A stretch of 63,452 bases of DNA, filler included, from Reticulomyxa filosa (GCA_000512085.1; 20 parts of 20 records of this genome joined end to end with filler, not necessarily neighbours in it); one strand, 5' to 3'. Counted from the whole stretch's first letter, positions 25,209 to 38,657 are shown. The notes: generated by a model from the sequence alone, not told the origin. Translations and numbers: made by a program.

Positions 25209-25550
25209 AACTAACACTGCTTTCTCTTGTATTCGTGTTGTCACTTTGTCAATTTGCTCTATGTATTTTAATTCTGGTTTGTGAACAATAAGCGCCGGCA
25301 AAAACAAGANNNNNNNNNNNNNNNNNNNNNNNNNNNNNNNNNNNNNNNNNNNNTTAATTAATTAANNNNNNNNNNNNNNNNNNNNNNNNNNNNNNNNNNN
25401 NNNNNNNNNATCTGTGTTCTCTGTGATACTTTCATTTCTCGCTTTGTTCCTCTTCGTTCTCCCTTCCAAACCCCCCCCCCCCCCCGTCCTTGCTACCTTA
25501 TTTGAACAAGTGACGCACACACATACACACACATATGCATGTATGCACAG

Positions 25551-28500
25551 AGATTTTATTTCGACTGGGAGCTGAATCAGCGCGTGAAATTGAGCCACCG
25601 CGTAACCTTTCCAATGGTGTTGGATATGCGCAAATGGGCTGACGGCAACGTGGTGAATGACAGCAAGGGAGGAGGGACTGACTCAGATTTGATATACAGT
25701 TTGTATGGAGTGATCATTCAGTCAGGTGGTGCGTGCGGTGGGCATTACTACGCGTACATTCAATCGTTTGAAGATAATAAGTGGTATAACTTCAACGACT
25801 CTTCTGTGACAGAGTTGAAAGAGCAGGACTGGAAACATGCTTTTGGAGACGAAAAGACCAATGTCACCGGTTATGTGCTTGCTTATCGTCGTCAGAGTAT
25901 GCCATTACCAAAGGATATTGATGTCATACCTTTGCATCTCAAGGCAATGGTTGAAGTTTAGTAAATTACAATCATGCTGGTCACTCAATTAAATAAAACA
26001 AACAAACAAACAAAAATAGCAAATAAAAATCATAATAATAATAATAATAATCAAAATAATAATAAGTACGTATATTTGTTATTAATTGCATACTTTACGT
26101 AATACGTATACATATATGTGTCAAGAGAGAAGACAAAGCTGCTCGCGAGAAACATGAACAATGGCAGAAAGAAGCGAGAATGATAACACTCAATGTCCAC
26201 TATTCGAACGGGAAAAAGGAGAAATCAAATGAACTCTCTTTGGAAAATGGCAATGAGCGTGCATTGAAAGTGGACCCAATGGAAATGACATTTCGAGAGT
26301 TGAAGGCAATGGTTCGTGATGCTTTCGAAATCAGCGACGACCAAGTCGCGTGGGAACGATGTCGATTGCGAAAGTACTACCCTGCCATTGACTTTATGGC
26401 GGAAGGGTATGACGACGAAAACATCCAAGACTGTCCTTTGGAAATTGCAAAGTTCAACAGAATAGACACCCATTTGATTTTGGAAGTGTTGAGAGAGACA
26501 CAATTGTCGTTTGATTATTTCAACCCAAATGACATCCTAATCTCCTTATTTGTTGTCACCGACAAAAACATGGCCGCTGTTGTGGAGAGAGGTTTTGTGC
26601 AGCCTTCCTTGCTCATGCAACAAGATATGCCAGAAGGTTTGTCACTCTTATACACATACCATACACACGTACGTATACATGTATATGTATTGTAATACTT
26701 TTATGAACATATGATATCAATTATTTTTGTTTCAAACTCAACCTTCAAAAGAAACATATTGATAACGAAAAAAATCAAAAAAAAAAAGGGGATTTTACTA
26801 CGATAATCGTGGACAGCACAAAACCGTTAAATGAGATAAAACAAATAATTTTTGGAAAACTCAAGTCCGAAGGAATATTGCCACAAGAATGGACAGACCC
26901 ATCGAAACTAAACTTAATTCGCTTTGGCTATCAAAAATGTACGGTATTTGTCCCCACAAACACCTGCCGGTCGTTGGAGAACTTCAATGTGAAGTTGGGC
27001 GATTTGTTGTACGTGGAGCATCAGCCCGACTCAACGACAGAAAAGGAGGAGAAGGACCACGCTCAGTTAATGGGTGATATGAGTGAAGACAAAGAGAACG
27101 ACAATATGATCGATGTTGTGAACACAGATGCAGATATTGAATCAGATGCAAAAGTTATTGCGGACGATTCTATTCCGACGTCGCTGATATCAGAAGAGCA
27201 AAAAATGAAAGAGGAGTCGGACCAGCTCCGACGAGAGCAAGAACAGCTCCACAAAATTTCAAAGTTGGCAAGATACTACGAAGAACAGCGGCTAAAAATC
27301 ACAATTTTATTTAACAGGCCTCTCCCGGTGAAACCTCCCATCCAAAGGATTGAAGATTTGGTTAAAACTGAAGCTGGACAGAGTTCCATCAGCACTGTCG
27401 AAGAACGAATTTCATTTGACCATGTCATTCGAATCAGCAAAGAGTCTCCATTGGGTCAAGTTATTATTTTTTTTTTTGAAAACGTATACTTTAACATTTT
27501 CTTTCTCCCCTTTTTTTTTTTTTTTGTTAGCTGAAGGAAGAGATTGGAAAACAACTTGGTCTGGACATACACGAGTTCCGGTTACGAAAAGCTCGGAATG
27601 ATCAAGAGTTTAAAAATTTAAAGAAAACTATTTCGCATTACAATATCACAGAAGGAGGTGTCGTTTATGTGGAGAGAGGTGTACCGACGAAGCCAAATGA
27701 GATACGTGTGTCTTTTGCATTGTACGATCCACTTAAGAAATGGACGGACCCATGGAAACAGATCAAAACTCTGTATCGTGACTTATTCGAATATCCATTC
27801 GACAAAAACATTTTGGTCAAAGATATGAAATCCAAAATTGTGCAATTGCTTGACCAATTTTTCCGTTGAGTTTTGTGTTGTATGCGTTTGTTTTTATTGT
27901 TAGCCTTTTGTTTGTGGGTCCCCACAAGGGAAAAATGGGAAGATGAGAGATTGATATTGGGAAGAGATAATAATTAAAAAAAAAAGTTGGAAACGCATAA
28001 AGTTTTTTTTGTTTTTTTATGATTTTTATGCATGGGACCAGCACCATATCAGGGTAAGTATACGTTGATCCAAGCAGTAAATAAACGTAAAAAGGAAATC
28101 GAAAAAGAACGCTCTGACGAAAAAAAAGATGCAGCGGAACCAAATGAAATAACAACAACCTGTAATGCAATTGATGGGTTGAGTAGCAACACGGTAAATG
28201 GAAGCACCAATGAAAAAGGGACATTAGTCTTGGACAAAAATGAAAACTCCGTTGGTTCCTCTATAGCATCGCAGGTGTTGGCCTCTCCGTCAGTGCCAAG
28301 CAGTGGTAATTGCAATCCAGTCAAAGCGCAGACCACTCGATTAACAAACTTGTTCGACTGTCGATACGTAAGAATTCGCAAAGTATACGGAGGGAGCGTG
28401 AAAGAGATGTTTTTCGACGACAAGTCGCTGGCTAGAAACATTTTGGAACGAGACGAAGTAACTCTGGCAATTGAACGAGCTGAAATCGAGGAATATTTTA

Positions 28501-29444
28501 CTAGTCAACACTTGTGCTTTTGGTTACATCGTTATCGCATGGATGATGGGGGGATCTATGGAAAAATCTTTCAAAAGGTCTACTGTTCTTTCATCAAATT
28601 TTTTATTTTTATTATTGTAATCCGAAAATTGTTTGTTTAATTGTGAAGAACATTCTATTCTGATAAGTCATCGTACATGATTATTGTAAATTTGTGTGTT
28701 TGTATGTGTACGTATGTGTGGTCACCAGAAAGAAATGGTGATCGGGAAAAAAGAGAGGATTATTGACTTGAAACAAAAAATTGCACAACTGTACAAAAAT
28801 GAAAATGTGCAAGTAGAAAATATTGTCATTGCGAAAGGATGGTCTACCGTGACAATGACAGCACAAAGTGCCAGTCGCTTGGAATGGTTTCACAGCACCA
28901 TTTTGAAAACTCTTCCCGAAAATCATGATATGGGTGATGAGGAAATACTGTTTTTACAGAGAGAGGCCATCGCAGGTCAAAACGATGATACCATTGGAAC
29001 TCCGTCTGGATTCCATTTGCGAAGTGGTGATGTCCTTGTTTGGCAGGATATGTACGTATCGTTTTTTTTTTTAGAAACGTAGTGTTCGTAAATTTTTTTG
29101 TTTTCTTGTTTATGATCGTTTTTTTGTAGTACTCTAAGACCATCAGAAAAAACGAAGAAAAAGTTAAAAAGTGAGGAAGAAGAACGACATGCACAAAGAT
29201 CTCAAAGACATGGTAATTCTAGACATGTGTTTGGTAAATCTTTTGAACCTGAACTAAAAATTTTGACACACGAAGAATGGCAGGAAAAAGAAGAACAGAA
29301 AAAACTGGAAGAAAAAAACAAACACTACAATCTTCTCAAATTCAAGCGAATATTCCCGCTGCAGAAGGGGAAATTAACAAAGATATAGCGAAGCCTACAA
29401 TCGCATCCAATGACGAGACAGATCTACAGAAAACGATGCAATAA
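25551..29444 (+). CDS. Ubiquitin-specific protease (C19; USP47/USP40/USP7-like with C-terminal Ubl domains), multi-exon, 5'-partial
   Basis: His box 'YSLYGVIIQSGGACGGHYYAYIQSFEDNKWYNFNDSSVT...GYVLAYRR', followed by several Ubl-like exons. Intron 25956-26125 checked in frame. Confidence 0.88.
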
Positions 29445-30170
29445 GACACGACGTATCTGCCACATGACAAATATTTTGATGTATAACCAATTTTAGTCAG
29501 TTTCCTTACATTAAACAATTTGTGCACTACTTTTTTTAAATTATGCTTTTACTTGCATTACTTTTCTAATTCTTTGGAAATGTCCAAATCAATCGAAAAG
29601 CAAATTAAATTTTCAATTTGCAGAACTTGTTATAATTTATGTTGATATCTTAAATTCAATATTTTTGGTCGTTAGTATAATATATTTCATTTTACAATAA
29701 AGAAGCTAAATGTTTCTATTTGTATGATTTAACTAATACAAAATGCATTTATCTTTTTTTTTTACTTGGTAACTTAACTTAAACTTGACTAAAATACTAA
29801 GTAAATTCATTTACAACAACACTGTAAAAATGAATAAAAAAACAATAACAACAACTTGTGGTAAATACTCTTTTTAATATCTGTTTTCTATACATTGATG
29901 AAAGATAAAAAAAATTGAAAAACACAACTACGCTCTTTTTTAGCCCCCTTCCAATTCAAATAGATTACACTTTTTTTCTTTTAAACAATAAATAAATTTA
30001 TTTAAATTTTTTAATATATCAAATGTTTTAAAGATAGTACATTACAATCAATTTCAGTTTCGCTACTCCGAAATCTGATGTGGTTCGTGTAGGTTTGCGT
30101 TAAAAAAAATCATAGACGTAAATTAGTTGTTCATTCAGTCCAGCAAACCCAAAAAAGAAAGAAAGAATAA

Positions 30171-30943
30171 ATGGCATCAGATAATGGCGAAATAATTTAT
30201 GCTTTAGTGGCTCGTGGCTCAAATGTGTTGGCTGAGTACACAGACAGACAAGGCAACTTTGAACAGGTAACCCGGCGGTTGTTGAACAAGATCGATGTAA
30301 CGAAAAATGAAAGCATGTCGTATGTTTACCAACAAGAAGAGTTGAGATTTCATGTCAACGCCTATTGTTGGATGTGATTTTTTGAATTTATGAGATATGA
30401 CAAAGGAGGGGAGGATGGAGGAAGAAGGCTTAACAAGAGAGAGTAAAAGCGAGGAGGGGGGGAGGAGAAAAAAATGGCACGCACAATCGAACATGTGTGC
30501 GCGAGCAAACATATGCTATACCTACGAACTCGCACAAAGGGAAACAAAAACGTTCACACAAACAAAAATGAATGAACATCCTTTAGTTATGCATTCCATT
30601 ACTTGGTGGAAGATGGCATAATTTACTTGTGCATGGCAGAAAAATCATTTGGGCGAACAGTGCCTTTTCGATTTTTGAATGATATGAAAAAGCGATTCAA
30701 ATGTTTTGTATTTGACAACTGTCGATTTGTGTGTGTATATATATAACATATGTATGTGTGTATATGTATATACGTGTGTATTTACATTAACGTGTCGAAA
30801 GACATTGAGACGTGCCAAAGGATCACACAAAAGCAAAAACAATAAACAAAACACGGTACATAGCCTCATTTGAGGATCGAGCTAAAACAGCAGTGGCGTA
30901 TGCATTCAATGCCGATTTTCAAGGAGTCATTCGAAGATTGATG
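30171..30943 (+). CDS. VAMP7: Longin R-SNARE VAMP7 family (3'-partial; introns 30341-30586 and 30703-30863)
   Basis: 'IIYALVARGSNVLAEY', 'YAFHYLVEDGIIYLCMAEKSFGRTVPFRFL', 'AKTAVAYAFNADF' match the longin domain; both introns are in frame. Confidence 0.92.
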
Positions 30944-31811
30944 GTACTTTTCCCCCCCCCCCTCNNNNNNNNNNNNNNNNNNNNNNNNNNNNNNNNNNNN
31001 NNNNNNNNTTAATTAATTAANNNNNNNNNNNNNNNNNNNNNNNNNNNNNNNNNNNNNNNNNNNNTTTTTTTTTTTCTTGACAGAGTTCATTTGCAATTTA
31101 ACTTTTTGGCTTATTTTTTTCTCCCCCTTCCTCCTTTTTTTAGTGTAACAACTCCGACGATGGTTTTAATTGTGTGACATATGGGACAAAGGAATGCCTG
31201 ATTCATTCCATTCTTAAAGCTTTTTGTTTGCTTTGCTTATATCTGAAAACATATATTTTCCATCACCTTAGTGATTTACATGTTGTCCGATGTCGGGTTA
31301 CATTCCAATTTTCTTTTTGTACTTGTGTTAAAATAAATTCAAATTCGAACAAAAAAAAAAAAACAATACTAGATCGTGACGATCTAACACTCCACCAAAA
31401 ACTAATCGGAAGTGCTATCCAGTATTTACTCAAATATTCTTTTACAAATTGATTCTCAAATTTGCTATTTCCTTATATCCACTATTTCTACTTTTGAGTA
31501 TTCTGTAAATAAATATTGTTTCCAAAAGAAAAATAATTTTTTAAAAATGTGTGATACATGTGCTTAAATTTGAAGACCAAGAAGTATATATACAAATTTA
31601 TTTTAAACAAAAAAAATTACAATTTGAAATTATTTAAGATCTCTTTTGAAAATAATTTCAAATTTGTTCTTTTTTTAAAAAAATTTTGAATTAATATTTC
31701 AATACAATAAATAATGTTTATGCAACAAAATTCTTTTTTCAACAATAAAAAACTATCAAAATTAAGATTAAAGTAGTCAATTGTATCAAACAATCTCGGT
31801 CGTCAGCGTGT

Positions 31812-31947
31812 TGTAATAAAAAACTAAAATGATATTTAAAAACTACAATATTTATAGATATTTTTAAAAAATTATGTATGAATGTTGTTTTTTCATGAAG
31901 AAAATCAATTATCTCTATAATATGCCGTTTTAGATTTCAACTTTATT
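31812..31947 (-). repeat. Dispersed ~140-bp non-coding element, subtype A
   Basis: Reverse complement is near-identical to 15282-15415; lies ~300 bp upstream of a WD40 pseudogene. Confidence 0.8.
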
Positions 31948-32243
31948 TTGCATTCTACTGTATTGCCATTTGTTAAACAAGTTATAACTGCAAACTGCAA
32001 CGTAAAAGAATAATATTTATCAAAACATGTATCACACGATCTATCTGACAGGTCATTTGATTGATGACTCTTTCTTGTCATAAATGTATTGTTTTAGATT
32101 ACAAGCCCACATTATCAACGTGCCGTTTTGTGAGAAAAAAACTGTTTTTAAAACAAGTTCAACAAAAAAAAATACGCAAACTTTTTTGTTTTATTTGATA
32201 GTTAATTTATCGCTCTTTAAATCAACAAATAACCAGCGAACGA

Positions 32244-33378
32244 ATGAATTTCGTTATCAACGAAACCGAAGTTACGAAATCACAGTTGATAAACTTCTTT
32301 CAAACTTTTAAAAAGTACTGTTTTAGATTTAGACATAAATATTGTGCCAAAGGAAAAAGCAAAATTAATTATTCAAAATTGGATTCGCATTTTCTAGATT
32401 CAATTTGGATGGTTTATGATTTTAACAAACTTATTTTCAAATATGTTAAGTAATACTTTTACTTTCAAGAAAATATATTTTATTATTATCAATAATCAAT
32501 ATTTCGAATATAGGCAAAATCTCTCAATTATTGAAAGTATTAGAAGGGCAAAGAGGTCCTATAACTAGTCTAAGATTTTCATTAGATTGTTATGAGCTTG
32601 TTTCAACATCAAGCGATGAAACAGTTCGAATATGAGATATAGCATCTGAAAAAGAAATCTTAAAAATCGAAGGAAATCCTGACACGTTTATGTTGTAACC
32701 TTTTCACCAGATAGAAATACAGTTGCTTTATGCTCAAAAGATGCTACAATTTAATTATGCTATGTGAAGACAGACATGGAATTAAAGAAATCTAAAGGAC
32801 ATTCATTTTCAGTATTTGATGTAGACTTTTCTCCAGATGGTGAATATATTGTATCGGGTGCCTTTGATACAACACTACGAATATGGAATGTAAATATTGG
32901 TAAAGAGATTCAAAAACTAGAAAGCCATTTTGAAAGTATAAACAATGTAGAATTTTCACCAAATGGGAAAATGATTGTATCATCATCTGACGACAAAAGC
33001 AATTAGTTTATGGAATGCAAAAACAGTTAAAAGATTAAGACAATTTATATGACATTCCAAAATTGTAATGCGTGCGCGATTTTCTCATTATTGTGTCATG
33101 TTCATACAATAAAATAATCAGAATATTGAGTGTTGAATCAGTAGAAGAAGTGAAAATATTAGAAGGGCATTCAAGTGATTTGGCTGATGTAAGATTTTTT
33201 CAGATGGTCAAATTATTCTGTCTTGTCTAAGTGATAAGACAATTCGATTATGTGATGTGGTATCATGAAATGAAGTACAAAAACTGGAGCTTTTTGGTTA
33301 TGCGCTTTGCATAGATACTTCATAAGACAGTAGCATATTTTTATCAACTTCTTCCAATTACACAATTCAGATTTAGTG
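32244..33378 (+). pseudogene. WD40-repeat pseudogene
   Basis: About seven WD40 repeats ('FSPDGEYIVSGAFDTTLRIWNV', 'FSPNGKMIVSSSDDK') with in-frame stops (VRI*DI, TI*LC) and frameshifts. Confidence 0.88.
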
Positions 33379-33962
33379 ACGATATAACTCAAATAAGTTT
33401 TAATAAAAGTTAAATTTTGTTTCGAAAATGGTACTTATTTTGATTGATTTCGGCAATTTGTTTTTTAAAACATACATAAGTCAACTTTCGTCAATTATCG
33501 TTTGAATTTATTTAAATAAAAATCAAATAGTTCAGGTAAATTACATTTTGTACAGTTCTACTATTATAATCGATGTTGAATTTTTATTTTGTCAACTTAC
33601 CAAAAATTAATGCGTTACAATTTTCTTCTTAACTTAACTTTGATGTCAATTTGTATTGTTCCGACCACTTTATACTTTTGATCCAAGATCATGATCAAAT
33701 GTGGTCCATTGTCAAATTCAAAGACTAAGAACCTTTTTCTTGGCCAGCATGTTGCTCTCTTGCAAAAATAATTATATATAATTTTTTGAAAATATTTATT
33801 TAGATTATATTTAAAATATTTTGTATTAGATATCCTTATGAAAATTTCTGGAGTTGATAGCAGAAACTTTGTGACACTTGCAATGTACAATTATATGACA
33901 ATTGTGCTGACAAAAATAAAAGATAAAAATGTATTGATATAAGAATTTTATTTTTTAAAATG

Positions 33963-35050
33963 TGTAGGGCAAGCATACTGTAGATGGCTGAACTCTAAAG
34001 GGCATGAGGAGTCCCCATATGTTAAATTCATTCAAAACTCTTTTCACTTCTTTTGTTGCTTTCTTTTTGTTAATTATTCTTTATTAACTCATTTTTGTTT
34101 TATTGGAAACTGCTATCTTTGGCATCCACTGTTACAGCGAACGAACAAAAAAAAAATTAGAATCAAAAGAACATCAAGATGTTATGATTACCAAGTGGCG
34201 ATAATATATTAAAGATTAGTCCGAAAGTATTTAGTCAGAAGTTGATAGATTTGGTAGAATCAATTAAAGACAATGAATCAATTGTTGCATCAAAATTGTG
34301 GTTATCGTTAAATGCAAAAGACTAAGTTTTAATGAAACAAATAATGATACTAACGATATACTGTTGCATGATGGCAATGTACAAGCGCTTGATCAAAGTC
34401 TTGTTTTCGACAAAGATAATGCTAACTCGAAAGAAGATTTTGATCTTAAATCAGTTTGTACTAGACATACATATTGTCATAATGTTTGTCATTTGAAGTA
34501 CATTATATAGCATAAAAACAATTTTAAACATTTGACGAATTAATTGTATGTACATATATATAATGTTCTGATGAAAGCGTTATGTAGATTATCGAACAAC
34601 TGACGTTCTAAACTTTAAAATAATAAGATATTATGGACCGCTGATATTTTATTACGTTGGTGCAAAGCGAAATCGCATTAATATCTGGAATTATAATATG
34701 CTACCGAATGCAATGTACCATCAAGAAAGAGATTAAAACCTATCAGACAATAGATTAATTGAAGCGTTGATATGGCCTTTGAATAGATTATAAGTCGATC
34801 GGTGTATGAACAAAATCCGGCAACATTGAAGTAAACAGAAACAGCGTTGTAAAAGATACATAACATGTTCGATGAAGAAGACAAGTAAAACATTGGACAT
34901 ATCGGATACAAAAATGAGTTAAATAAAGAATAATTAACAACAAGAAAAGAAAGCAACAAAAGAATGAAAAGAGTTTTGAAGGAGTTTAACATGGTGTGGA
35001 CTCTTCTGGCCTTTAGAGTTCAGCCATCTACAGTAGGGGCTTGCCCTACA
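33963..35050. mobile_element. Non-autonomous TIR DNA transposon, TG...CA termini (Ginger/Tdd-like)
   Basis: ~140-bp terminal inverted repeats (33963-34098 and 34908-35050) starting TGTAGGGCAAGC..TACTGTAGATGGCTGAACTCTAAAGG. Flanks AATG/AATA look like an imperfect 4-bp TSD. No intact internal ORF. Confidence 0.82.
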
Positions 35051-35380
35051 AATAGGTCTGGATAAGCATTTCGGTACGATTCGTTGACTTGAAAATGAAA
35101 ATTTTTGTGTTTATATTTCCATTGTTGGAAAACGAGCTAATAAAATGTTATTAAAATACACAGCAGTCAAATTTGTGAGTTTTTTTTTCCAAAATTCGCA
35201 TGAATAGAAATTTACATGATATATACTGGCAGTTTAGCTGAAAAAATCTGAAAAAAGCGTCGCAAAAACGAAGACAATGAAACAAACACACAAAAAAAAA
35301 AAAAAAAAAAAAGAAGTTGCACTTTTAATATAATGCAAACCTTAAAATTGCTGTGTTATATTTGATAAGCAATGTACATT

Positions 35381-35898
35381 TTAAGCATTGTGGATTTGTT
35401 CCAATAATTTTTGCAGTCTTTCGGCAATGGTAACAAAATTGGGTCTTTGAGAAGGAGTTTGTGTCCAGCAGTCGTTCATGATAGCGTTGTATTGAGTGAA
35501 CATATGATCGGAGACCTGATAAAAGCCGTGATTTGCATTTTCGTTGCGTGTTTCTTGACTGGCACTCCTCAAGCGACTGCCTGACAAAATCAGTTGAGCA
35601 ATTTCCTCGACGGTCATGTCTTGGTATGCCTCTTGCATATTTCCAACCTCCCACATGATAACGCCAAAGGAATAAACATCGATACTCTGATTATAGCACG
35701 CTTGCGCGAGTTTGGTCGGCGCGATGTGAAACTCAAAGGCATTGTGCGTGACAGGATTGTTATGATGCGGTGTGGAAAGACCACTCATAGCACTGGCTCC
35801 ACTTCCTCCCGGAGTCGGAGCGAGTGCCATCAACTCTACTTTTGGGTTGATAGTATGTTGTTGTGATTGTTGTGGCTGTTGTAACTGTCGTTGTTGTG

Positions 35899-35929
<31 letters not shown>

Positions 35930-35947
35930 CTGTTGCTGTTGCTGTTG
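35381..35947 (-). CDS. TKL-group protein kinase, C-terminal part (5'-truncated)
   Basis: Subdomain IX 'YNQSIDVYSFGVIMWEV' and XI 'CWTQTPSQRPNFVTIAERL'; poly-Q insert upstream. Confidence 0.85.
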
Positions 35948-36349
35948 NNNNNNNNNNNNNNNNNNNNNNNNNNNNNNNNNNNNNNNNNNNNTTAATTAAT
36001 TAANNNNNNNNNNNNNNNNNNNNNNNNNNNNNNNNNNNNNNNNNNNNTGAGATGACATCGATGTCATGGTCTAGCCTTGGAGCCACTGTTGTATCAGCGT
36101 ATCTTCTATTTTTTCTTTACTGCTTGCATTGGCTACAAAGACGCTTTCGGTCGCATCATCGAAGTTTGATCTTTTTGTAAAGCCTACTATTACCGCACCA
36201 GCAGAAGAAAAGCAAATGTACATACCACGACCTTCACAAATCATAACAGTCCCATTGTCAAATCGTCAAAATCGGAATGAATGAAAAATAAAAATACATT
36301 AATGGACGAAGAGAATTTAAATAATCATATTTGGAAAATAGCAAATGAC

Positions 36350-36545
36350 GCGGGCATTTAATTACTGATATTTGGTTTGCTGATATTTAATCCTCGCATC
36401 CAATTGAGTTGAAATGATGATAATAATATCAATTTTGGTAGTTTAAATGAAATCAGATGTTGTGATAAACAAGCTATTAAATGGAGACTTCCAATTTATC
36501 AATCAAAATGGGGTGATGACAATAATTACAATGATATTCTATATC
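36350..36545 (+). repeat. Degenerate coding fragment shared with 55360-55545 (-)
   Basis: 'aattactgatatttggtttg-tgatatttaat...caattgagttgaaa...tgttgtgataaaca...atggaga-tt-caatttatcaatcaa' is present in both contigs. Confidence 0.7.
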
Positions 36546-37609
36546 CTTATTTAGCATCATCAAGCTTAATTGATCCAAAGATTTGAAAAAAGTGGCAGTG
36601 TGAACAGCAAACTGCGATTCCAATCATTTTTGGGACTATCTTCAGATTGACTACCAATTTAATCAAGATTTCATATCGAACAATTCAAGCCACATTGCTC
36701 ATGTTCGAGTCTCTATCAAAAGAAGAAGAAGACCAACCAGTTGATGTGAATGTGAAACAAATAGTTACCTTTCTTTTTTTTTCCAATAATCTCCAATTAA
36801 TGTGTTATTTCTGTAAATACATACATAGATTTGAAACAAAAAATATTATCCAAGTGAAGTCGTTAGAGATTAATAATTTATTCAGAGCAGAGTCTGTATA
36901 TAATATATATTCCGTTGCTGACCATATTTGGCCGAATTGGGGGCATTGAACGTCTTATCCTCAGTGGCAGATGATATTGGCACTGTTTATGAGCCACATG
37001 ATCCCTCTCCAATAATAGTATGCCCAAATTGTCTCCTCTTCAAATCGCATTGAAGAACAATCAAATACCGAATATAGATCATCGATTTGTGAACACAGCT
37101 TCCAATTTATTAAATGTCGTCGTTATCAAGTAAATGCGTCATTCCTCTGGAAAAAGGTGCAAGTACAAGTGCATTTAATAACGTCCAGAAAACCCAAATA
37201 TTATTGAGCACGATCCGAATTTTTTGATCGGCTTCACAAGTGTATCTATTGGCATATCCACAATTACATTACCGACCTTAAAATATAACAGTACCACCAG
37301 TGACTACAGAAGATTACAAAGACAACGTGCTCTATTTCAAGGTATATGTTATTTGTATCATATTTTCAGTTGTGTAATAATGTCTTAATCAAACCGATGT
37401 GAACATGGACCTTTTCCTTGTAGAATGGTATACTTTAGAGTTGAAATGAAAGCAAGAGAAAGAGGAAGAAGAAGAAGAANNNNNNNNNNNNNNNNNNNNN
37501 NNNNNNNNNNNNNNNNNNNNNNNTTAATTAATTAANNNNNNNNNNNNNNNNNNNNNNNNNNNNNNNNNNNNNNNNNNNNTTTTTTTTTTTTTTTTTTTTT
37601 TTTTGTCAG

Positions 37610-38657
37610 CTATTATGACGCTGGTCGAAACTATTGGACAAATGAATCTCAGCAAACCAATACAAGAGAATTTTACGAACATCAAGGCCCCAGAACGCAA
37701 CGGCCACATTCTCAAAATTATAATGCGTTCACGCAAGGCCGATCCCGAGGCAGAGGAGGAGGCATGCGAAGGCCGCCGATAACCACGGGGCGCGCTGGCA
37801 CAGGTGAATTCTTGGAGCGCAGAACGTTGGTCGGAAACGAAATTGAAATTCCAAAAGAAGATTTGGATCTTGTTGCAGCAATGTCAAAACTGGTTATACT
37901 AAACTGCTTGCCAAAAATAATTTTCCTTTTTTTTTTTTTTTAAAAAAAAAATTAAAATAAATCTGAACATTAAAAAAAAAATAAAAAAAATTTCTCTCTC
38001 TCTCTCTCTCCTCTCAAGCAAGTGACCAAAGAAAATGATGGTGAACCGAAAGACAATCGTGAGAACACTGACACAAACGAAGTGAAAGACAAAAAGGTGG
38101 AGGAAAAAGTCGGCAATGGCGCAAATGAAAATAAGGAGACGGAACAAAGCGAAAAGAAAGAAGGAGGGACAGAAAAAGGCAGCACTCTGGAAATCCGAGA
38201 TACAATGACAGTGACACATGGCAAAACTGCATATGAGAAGTCAAACTTTTTTGATGAGCTGAATTTGGACACAAACGAAAAACGAGTGGAGAAGATACGG
38301 AAAGTGAAGGGAGAAGTGAACACTGCCAAACCTTCTCTGGAAGACTTGCAAGAGCAAAGACGATTAGATACCCAAACCTTTGGATCAGTGGCGGAGCAAT
38401 ACAGGTTCGCGTCCAATATGAGAAATAATACCAATCACCGAGGCTTCAAGAATCCAAATGAGTTTGGCAATTATCAAAACAGTGGCAATTTCAGATACAA
38501 TCGACCTTATTCTAACAACCCATATCATGGCCAACAACACTTATCTTTTGATGGCCAACAATCGTACCGAAGAGACCAAAGATATTACATGAATCCCACA
38601 AAAGACATAAATCAACAAAGACAACAACAACAACGAACGCAAAGATCCACATGGCAG
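37610..38657 (+). CDS. LSM14: LSM14/Scd6/RAP55-family P-body protein (internal exons; intron 37893-38018)
   Basis: RGG stretch, FDF-like 'EDLDLVAAMSKL', FFD box 'AYEKSNFFDEL', TFG box 'EQRRLDTQTFG', then an N/Q/Y-rich tail. Confidence 0.82.

Noticed and set aside
9387-29444. Apparent ubiquitin-system cluster (PUB-RasGEF, Ubl-TM, F-box/LRR, USP)
   Set aside because: Each gene is on a different contig; the proximity is artificial.
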